IMG/VR virus record: IMGVR_UViG_3300012157_000001
Location: 1 to 64,000 of that record
Direction: 5' to 3' (one strand)
Length of the DNA: 64,000 nucleotides
Source of the DNA: a virus
Taxonomy: Duplodnaviria; Caudoviricetes
In this document: piece by piece, positions 28,157 to 34,334 of the stretch
Layout: each line of letters starts with the position of its first letter
Position numbering within the stretch: the first letter of the stretch is position 1
Notes under the pieces: generated by a model
Database searches by the model: none
Seen by the model: only the letters and a program-made list of their open reading frames with translations
Told to the model about the DNA's origin: nothing
Made by a program: the position numbers and the translations under genes

Positions 28157-28831
28157 ATGGACTACTACCGGCCCGTCACCGCCCACGTCCCGCTCCGCCC
28201 GATGGGCGCCTCACCTGACGGCCTCGGCGCGTACTTCGCGACGACCTACACGCAAGGCATCAGTCCAAGTCCAGGTGGCGTGTTTCCGGTCGCGTACAAG
28301 CCGATCACGAGGCAGTCGACGCAGGGACTCGGGAACGGAGTCAATACGGAGCCAGGCACGAGCTCGATCGCGGTGTACCACCCGATCATTCGGCAGGCGG
28401 CGAACGGACTCGGCTGCGGTTGCTCGGCGGCCGGCGCTCCGGCTGCAGGTGTCGGTGAATTGCCGGCGTGGCTCTCCAGCACGTGGGTCAAGGTCGGTCT
28501 CGGTGCCGCAGTGCTCGGCGCGCTCTGGTTCGCGTTTGGTCGAAAGAAGAAGCAAACGGCGAACGCTCGTCGCCGGCATCGTAGGAACGCCAAGTGGTCA
28601 GGCAAGTACAAGCGCTCCCTTCCGGATTCGTCGTTTCTGTACGTTGGACCGGACGGTAAGCGACACTTCCCGTACAAGAATGCGGCGGGGCACATCGATC
28701 TGCCGCATCTTCGGAACGCGATTGCGCGGATCCCGCAGTCGAATCTGTCGGCTCTTCACCGTCATGCGCTTCAGCAAAAGGCGCAGAGGATCCTCGCTCA
28801 GCACGGCGGCTACGCGCGGGCAGCGGCGTAA
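28157..28831 (+). CDS. Membrane protein with a C-terminal small phage domain (DUF6582-like)
   Basis: Promoter TTGCGG-N18-TAGCCT 7 nt upstream; GLG motifs, TM, ANARRRHRRN, then LPDSSF...RHFPY...HLRNAIAR. Confidence 0.65.
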   Translation: MDYYRPVTAHVPLRPMGASPDGLGAYFATTYTQGISPSPGGVFPVAYKPITRQSTQGLGNGVNTEPGTSSIAVYHPIIRQAANGLGCGCSAAGAPAAGVGELPAWLSSTWVKVGLGAAVLGALWFAFGRKKKQTANARRRHRRNAKWSGKYKRSLPDSSFLYVGPDGKRHFPYKNAAGHIDLPHLRNAIARIPQSNLSALHRHALQQKAQRILAQHGGYARAAA

Positions 28832-29082
28832 TGCCTAGGCGCGCGAAGCGTCCAGTCGACGATGAGGCGCTCGTCGCCGAGTGGCTGGGCGAGCATCCGT
28901 CGGTCGAGCTGCAGGTCACCTACCTTTCGATCGATCGGCAGTGGCTCGTAGCGGCGTATCTGGTCGGATCCAGACAGATCCACGGATTCGAAGCGGACTA
29001 CCTGGCGGTCCACCAGCACGCTTCGCTCATCGCAGCAATGCTCGCGACGGTCAATGAGCTGGAGCAAAGCGGAGAGGTCTAG
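28831..29082 (+). CDS. Hypothetical protein
   Basis: TAATG coupling to previous gene. Confidence 0.5.
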   Translation: MPRRAKRPVDDEALVAEWLGEHPSVELQVTYLSIDRQWLVAAYLVGSRQIHGFEADYLAVHQHASLIAAMLATVNELEQSGEV

Positions 29083-29087
29083 GCCCC

Positions 29088-30083
29088 GTGACGTTTCTCC
29101 CTGCGCACATCGACGCCGAGTACGTGCGCCGCGCCTGCGCGGGCGGGCGCTGCAAGCCGCATCGCGCGCCTCCACTCAGTGAGTGCACTACGTTTGCGGT
29201 TCGCCGGCTGCCCGCCGGGCGGATCGCATTTCGGCGGCAGGTAACGCCGGTTGCTCAGCTGGGGGCGGTGGGGGAGTTCTACTTGCGGCCGACCTATCGG
29301 CGCGTGCCGACGTCGTGGCTGTGGGAGCGGCCCGCGTGGCGCGGCTACGCCGGCACGGAGGCGCCCCCGCCGGGGATTGAGTTTGGGGTGCCCCCGTGGC
29401 GAAGCCTAGACGGCGGCCTTGGTGCGCTCGGTCTGGGAGGCGTCGAGATTCCGGACAGGCTGACGCCGCTGACAGAAGCGCAAGCAGCTGGAGCTCTGTC
29501 GACGGCGTACAAGCGCGTTACCGGTGTTTTCCCGACACAGCGAATTCTTGAGCTCTTGATGGCGCAGACCGCCCAGGAGACCGGGAGATGGCTACGGCTG
29601 CACAACTACGGGTTCGGCAACCTAAAGGCCAGCGCGAGCAATGCGTACTACCAGGGCTTTCGGTGCTGGGAAGTCGTGAACGGCCAAACGGTTTGGTACG
29701 AAGCGGACAATCCGATGTGCCGATTCGCGGCGTACCTCACGCCGGAGGATGGCGCCGAGCAGTACATTCGGCTGCTCCAAAAGCGAGCTCACTGGTGGAA
29801 CGGGCTCCAGACGGGCACGGTGGAGGGCTTCGTATCCGGTCTCACGACGGTGCCGAAGTTTTTCACTGGAGATGCCGGTGTGTACGCCAGAAACATGAGG
29901 CAGTTCATTTCGGAGTACGCAGGCGTCGCGGCTGAGTACGCCGGTCAAGCCGCGCAGTTTGCCGGCGCGCACAAGTACGCAGCGATTGGCACCGCCGTCG
30001 GCGTATTCTCACTCACGTTCGGCAGCTGGTACCTCTACAACGCGATGCAAAAGAAACGAAAGGAGCGGTCGAAGACAACGTGA
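29088..30083 (+). CDS. Membrane-anchored glucosaminidase/muramidase (GH73/FlgJ-like); start uncertain
   Basis: AQTAQETG.W...N..GN.KA...FAAY......Y motif set; C-terminal TM + KKRK. Confidence 0.65.
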   Translation: MTFLPAHIDAEYVRRACAGGRCKPHRAPPLSECTTFAVRRLPAGRIAFRRQVTPVAQLGAVGEFYLRPTYRRVPTSWLWERPAWRGYAGTEAPPPGIEFGVPPWRSLDGGLGALGLGGVEIPDRLTPLTEAQAAGALSTAYKRVTGVFPTQRILELLMAQTAQETGRWLRLHNYGFGNLKASASNAYYQGFRCWEVVNGQTVWYEADNPMCRFAAYLTPEDGAEQYIRLLQKRAHWWNGLQTGTVEGFVSGLTTVPKFFTGDAGVYARNMRQFISEYAGVAAEYAGQAAQFAGAHKYAAIGTAVGVFSLTFGSWYLYNAMQKKRKERSKTT

Positions 30084-30487
30084 AGATCGACCTCGCGATC
30101 GTGCTCCTCGGCGCGGGCGGCGCGTTGCTGGGCTACGGGCTCTACCGAGCTTTCAGTGGCGGCGCGCAGCCCGGAGCGGAGCCACCGGCGCCAGCACAGC
30201 CGGACGCCTCCGCGCCGGAGCCTCCGGTGACCTACGGCGAGCCGAAGGTAACTACGCCTTTCCCGGCTGGGTACCGACGGCTGAAGCAGGCTGAGGTGAC
30301 TCCATCCCTCACCAGCAAGGCAACATCGATCCGGAACGCGCCAGGCTTCACGAGCATGCAGTACGGAACTGTGGTTCCAATCGGCGGAGCCACGGCGGCG
30401 CTGATCGAGCAGCACTATCACGAGCCCGGTGGAGCCATGACGCCGTGGGGCTACCACCACGGTGTCACGCTGATCCAGCAGGCGTAA
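30080..30487 (+). CDS. N-terminally anchored protein
   Basis: MKID-led Gly-rich TM, Pro stalk, EQHYH...WGYHHGVT. Confidence 0.65.
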   Translation: MKIDLAIVLLGAGGALLGYGLYRAFSGGAQPGAEPPAPAQPDASAPEPPVTYGEPKVTTPFPAGYRRLKQAEVTPSLTSKATSIRNAPGFTSMQYGTVVPIGGATAALIEQHYHEPGGAMTPWGYHHGVTLIQQA

Positions 30488-30488
30488 G

Positions 30489-31097
30489 ATGAAGATCGAC
30501 GCAACAACCGTTCTGATCGGAGTTGGCGGCGCGCTCGTCGGTTACGGCATCTATCGAGTGGTGAAGAACCGACAGACGGGGGCCTCTTCATTCTTCACTC
30601 CATCCGTCGTGACGGGACCGCGGCCGCCGGGTCTGCCGCAGTCGGAGCCTCTCATCGCGCAGCTGAAACCGTCCGTGCAGCCCAAGGCACGCGAGGTGCT
30701 TCAGCGTGCGATCAACATGGGGATCCCGCTCGTCGTCACGCAGGCGTACCGCGATCCGGCTGAGCAGGCGCGACTGTACGCGCAGGGGCGCACGACGCCG
30801 GGGGCAATCGTGACCAATGCACCGCCCGGTTGGTCGTGGCACGAGTACAAGCTTGCCTTCGACGTCGCGGTGCTCGACCAGGTCACGGGTCGACCGACGT
30901 GGCCAAACGATAACGCGCTCTGGCAGCAGATCGGTGCGGCCGGAAAAGCCTCCGGCCTGGAATGGGGTGGCGACTGGACGGGCATCGTGGACCGCCCGCA
31001 TTTCCAGTTTACGATGGGGACACCGATTGCTTCGGCGCGCGCGGGTCAACTGCCGGCGCAGCTCGCAGGATTGTGCTCTTTTCGGCTTGCCGCTTGA
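30489..31097 (+). CDS. M15-family (L-Ala-D-Glu type) peptidoglycan peptidase with N-terminal anchor
   Basis: YR..EQ..LYAQGRT.PG.IVTNA..G.S.H....AFD...WGGDW....D.PHFQ. Confidence 0.88.
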   Translation: MKIDATTVLIGVGGALVGYGIYRVVKNRQTGASSFFTPSVVTGPRPPGLPQSEPLIAQLKPSVQPKAREVLQRAINMGIPLVVTQAYRDPAEQARLYAQGRTTPGAIVTNAPPGWSWHEYKLAFDVAVLDQVTGRPTWPNDNALWQQIGAAGKASGLEWGGDWTGIVDRPHFQFTMGTPIASARAGQLPAQLAGLCSFRLAA

Positions 31098-31240
31098 GGG
31101 AGTTGACGCCAACTGAATGCGCTGGCAGCATTGGCTGCACGGTGCGCATCGTCAATGCGCCTGATCCTTGACAATAGGAGTGGTGGCTGCGCGTGCGAGC
31201 GGTCCATTGCCGCTCAAGGCCCCGGGAGCGCTCGCAGGAG

Positions 31241-32108
31241 ACAGCAGAGCCGGCGGAGCGGCATGGTTTCTCCGAGGTGGGTGGCCCAGGGCGGCACGCC
31301 CGATAGGGACGACCAGCAGATCTGGCGGAGCGGCGTTGTTTCTCCGAGCTACAGGCCAGAGATCAACCCCCCGGGATCTTCCTTAGCCAGCAGAGCCGGC
31401 GGAGCGGCGTCGTTTCTCCGAGGAGCCAATCGTCTGGCCTGCATCGAGGGTGATCTCCCCAACAGAGCCTGCGGAGCGGCGTCGTTTCTCCGAGGCACGG
31501 TAGGCAGGTGACTCAATGACTGTACCGCACGACCCAACAGAGCCGGCGGAGCGGCGTTGTTTCTCCGAGGTGGATATGGACCGCGGGATCGTCGCCTACG
31601 ACTTCGCGCCAACAGAGCCTGCGGAGCGGCGTAGTTTCTCCGAGCCGCGGGAATGGCCCGAGGGACCCCCTACCGTGGCGGCCAACAGAGCCTGCGGAGC
31701 GGCGTCGTTTCTCCGAGAAACGTCCCCCCTGGGCGTTGCCGAGACCCTCGTCTCCCAGCAGAGCCCGCGGAGCGGCGTCGTTTCTCCGAGCGCGATGCCT
31801 TTTCGTTCTACCGACGAGCAAGGTGGGCCAGCAGAGCCGGCGGAGCGGCGTTGTTTTCTCCGAGCCGATGTTCCAGTCGAACAGGGGCCTGCGGAGAGGC
31901 GAAATGTCTCCGACGTGATGCGGCTGCGTCGAGAGCCTGCGGAGCGGCGTGGTAGCTCCGAGGTGACGCGCGCAACGCGGAAAACGCCTCTCCACTCGAA
32001 CCAGCAGAGCCTGCGGAGCGGCGTGGTAGCTCCGAGTGGTGCGTCAGCACCGTCTTCGCACGGAACCCGTACCCAGCAGAGCCGGCGGAGCGGCGTTGAT
32101 GCTTCGAC
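31241..32108 (+). CRISPR. CRISPR-like array, block 1: 13 repeats, consensus CCARCAGAGCCNGCGGAGCGGCGTYGTTTCTCCGAG (36 bp); no cas gene in window
   Basis: Repeat starts 31241, 31313, 31387, 31459, 31534, 31609, 31682, 31755, 31828, cores at 31885 and 31933, then 32001, 32073; unique 36-39 bp spacers except two short ones. Confidence 0.9.
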
Positions 32109-32167
32109 CTTCGATCCAATCCATTGTGTTAGAGCGCGCCCTGCGCGGTTTCGGATATACTGGCGCC

Positions 32168-32329
32168 ATGGCTCAGAAGCGAAAAAAGAGCGGTCTGCCC
32201 AGCTGGTTTCCGTTCGCACTCGGTGCATCTGCGGTGCTCATTCTGTTCGCGGGTGCTCGATCGGGCTGGAGGACGAGCGCAACCCAGGGGACGCCGCTCC
32301 GTGGCTGGCCAGGTCGACGAATTGCATGA
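32168..32329 (+). CDS. 53-aa membrane peptide embedded in the array
   Basis: TATACT 6 nt upstream of ATG; MAQKRKKSGLPSWFPFALGASAVLILFAG...; stop abuts the next repeat. Confidence 0.5.
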   Translation: MAQKRKKSGLPSWFPFALGASAVLILFAGARSGWRTSATQGTPLRGWPGRRIA

Positions 32330-32739
32330 GAGCCTGCGGAGCGGGCGTTGTGCCTCCGACTAGTGCGCGTAGTGCATTTGAGCCAGCGGCGTGGCCTGGT
32401 GACGTCGAGCGGTAGTAGTCGGCGTTGGTCAAGCCCGCGGAGGGGCGTTCGCTACTCCGACATCAGTCATCCCAAGGCTAGAGCCGGCGGAGCGGCAAAA
32501 AAACTCCGAGACGTCGAGCATTACCGATTGGTGCCCGCAGCAAGAGCCAGCGGAGCGGCGTCACTGTCTCCGACAGGTTGCACCATCGTCTTTTAGCTCA
32601 CGGAGAGGCGCTGCCATCTCCGACCACCAGATGAGCGTCGCGGAGCCCGCGGAGGGGCGTTGTGCCTCCGGCGCCATGCCTGAGGCCACCTCCGACAGCC
32701 ACATCGTTCGAGCCCGCGGAGGGGCGTTGTGCCTCCGAG
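32330..32739 (+). CRISPR. CRISPR-like array, block 2: 8 divergent 30-31-bp repeat cores, mostly 18-21-nt spacers
   Basis: Cores GAGCC-NG-CGGAG-N-GGC-N7/8-CTCCG-AS at 32330, 32380, 32431, 32481, 32544, 32594, 32643, 32710. Confidence 0.75.
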
Positions 32740-32811
32740 AGCCTCTGCTGCGACGTGCCCGCGGAGGCGCCATTGACCCGCGTGTGCCACCGATGCTATC
32801 ACTGGCGGCAC

Positions 32812-33405
32812 ATGGCAGACGACGATAAACCGGCCAAGCCGGCGGAGCCGTCTCCTCGCATCGAGGCGCCGATGATCTTCGTGCGCGGCGGAACCACGAC
32901 GGCGAAGCACGATGTGCTTATGGCGAAGCAACGCGCGGATACCGAGCAACGTCGCGCCATTCAGGACCGGCAGTATCAGATCACGCGCGAGGACCCGATG
33001 GCCGCGCGCATGCATTCTATGAAACTTGCGGGCGCCGACTCGCCGAAGATCGTCGTCGCGGTCAAGCATCCGAAGGAGCTGGACTTCAAGGAATGGGTCA
33101 TCTGTGACCTGCTCGACCAGGGCACGGAGAAGGTTCTGAACATGCGGTGCCCTCAGTGCGCCGCAAAGAACCCGGGCCACGAGCCCGACTTCATGATCAA
33201 GCAGTCGAACCGGCGGTGGCACTTCGACCCGCGGCCGCCGAGGTGGATGCGCGACCTCGGGACCGACCGGATCTGGGTCAACCCGGCGGACGGCAGCACG
33301 GTCGTGGTGGCGGGCAGCGTGACGACCGACGACTGGATCCGGTGTCCGGGCCTCGGGTGCGCCTGGCACTTCAAGATCGACGACTCGGTGGCGTACCCCA
33401 AATGA
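32812..33405 (+). CDS. Zn-ribbon-containing hypothetical protein
   Basis: Promoter TTGACC-N18-TATCAC at 32773-32802; CPQC and CPGLGC. Confidence 0.7.
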   Translation: MADDDKPAKPAEPSPRIEAPMIFVRGGTTTAKHDVLMAKQRADTEQRRAIQDRQYQITREDPMAARMHSMKLAGADSPKIVVAVKHPKELDFKEWVICDLLDQGTEKVLNMRCPQCAAKNPGHEPDFMIKQSNRRWHFDPRPPRWMRDLGTDRIWVNPADGSTVVVAGSVTTDDWIRCPGLGCAWHFKIDDSVAYPK

Positions 33406-33842
33406 GCGATGATACCCTTCAGAGCGGTGCGGACGTTGTCACCTCGGCGTCCGCGCCGGCACGGCTGTCGGCTACACCCGGCGGCCGTGCGCTTTCTGAG
33501 GAGCCCGAGCTCACAGCAGTGGATGCGGCGGAGCTCCGTGCTGCCGAGCTCGCCATCGCAGGAGAGAAGGATCGCCCGCTCACACTCGAATTCGGGAAGC
33601 GGCTCGACCGGTTCATTGCGGACGCCCTCATCGAGCACACGAAGGACCATCCGCTCGCCGACCCGTTCCAGGTCATGGAGACGCTGCTCAGGATCTCCGC
33701 CGGCATCGCGATCGTGCGTGACCGCGACGCAATCTGGTTTCAGAGCTACGCCCGCGGCATCTACGACGAGGAACGGCAGGCGCGTCCGGAGGGCAAGGCG
33801 CCCGTGGTGCCGGTCGCGATCACTGGGCGGGAGGACCGTTAG
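33402..33842 (+). CDS. Hypothetical protein
   Basis: ATGA overlap with previous gene. Confidence 0.55.
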   Translation: MSDDTLQSGADVVTSASAPARLSATPGGRALSEEPELTAVDAAELRAAELAIAGEKDRPLTLEFGKRLDRFIADALIEHTKDHPLADPFQVMETLLRISAGIAIVRDRDAIWFQSYARGIYDEERQARPEGKAPVVPVAITGREDR

Positions 33843-33845
33843 CCC

Positions 33846-34334
33846 ATGGGAGTCTGGGGCACGGGGCCTTTCGACAACGATGACTCAGCCGACATGATTG
33901 CCGGCCTAGCACGGAAGGTCCATCGAGTTCTCGAACGGAACGATAGTGACGACTACGGGGAGGCCCGCGCCGCGGCGGCGTTCGTCCTATTGGCGCACGG
34001 GACAGACGTGCTAGGCGGTCCCGGTCTCGATGTGGTGCTGAAGGCGCTCGTCAAGATGCGGGAGAACAACGAGTGGCTGGCCGGGTATCGCCAGCCGCAG
34101 CAAATCGCAGCTGCGCTCAACAAAGAGATCGGCGCCGTTATTGCGAGGATGCGAGCCTGCAAAGGCTGCCGGCGGGGGCGCGATGAAGCCGAGTGGAAAG
34201 AGATAGAAACGCTGGCGCGAAAAGCACGACGGGCGCCGGTGCCGGCTACCACTTGGCGAACAGGTCGTCGAAAGGCGCGAGTGAGCAAGGCGCGCCGCCG
34301 AAGGATCCCTCGAATAAAGGAGCGCCGATCGTGA
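33846..34334 (+). CDS. DUF4259-like protein
   Basis: N-terminal MGVWGTGPFDNDDSAD signature. Confidence 0.7.
   Translation: MGVWGTGPFDNDDSADMIAGLARKVHRVLERNDSDDYGEARAAAAFVLLAHGTDVLGGPGLDVVLKALVKMRENNEWLAGYRQPQQIAAALNKEIGAVIARMRACKGCRRGRDEAEWKEIETLARKARRAPVPATTWRTGRRKARVSKARRRRIPRIKERRS

Noticed and set aside
28160-28170. 11-nt match between the short spacer at 32410 (CGGTAGTAGTC) and the minus strand at the start of gene 28157
   Set aside because: Expected by chance given about 20 spacers and 128 kb of target; the rest of the spacer does not match. A full self-targeting search was not possible by eye
31131-32415. ORFs 31131..31511, 31516..32415 and the minus-strand ORFs across the array
   Set aside because: They are translations of the repeat-spacer array; unit lengths are not consistently multiples of 3
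32812-33405. Gene next to the array as its Cas effector
   Set aside because: Only 197 aa with a Zn ribbon; no RuvC, HNH, RAMP or Cas1/2 motifs visible
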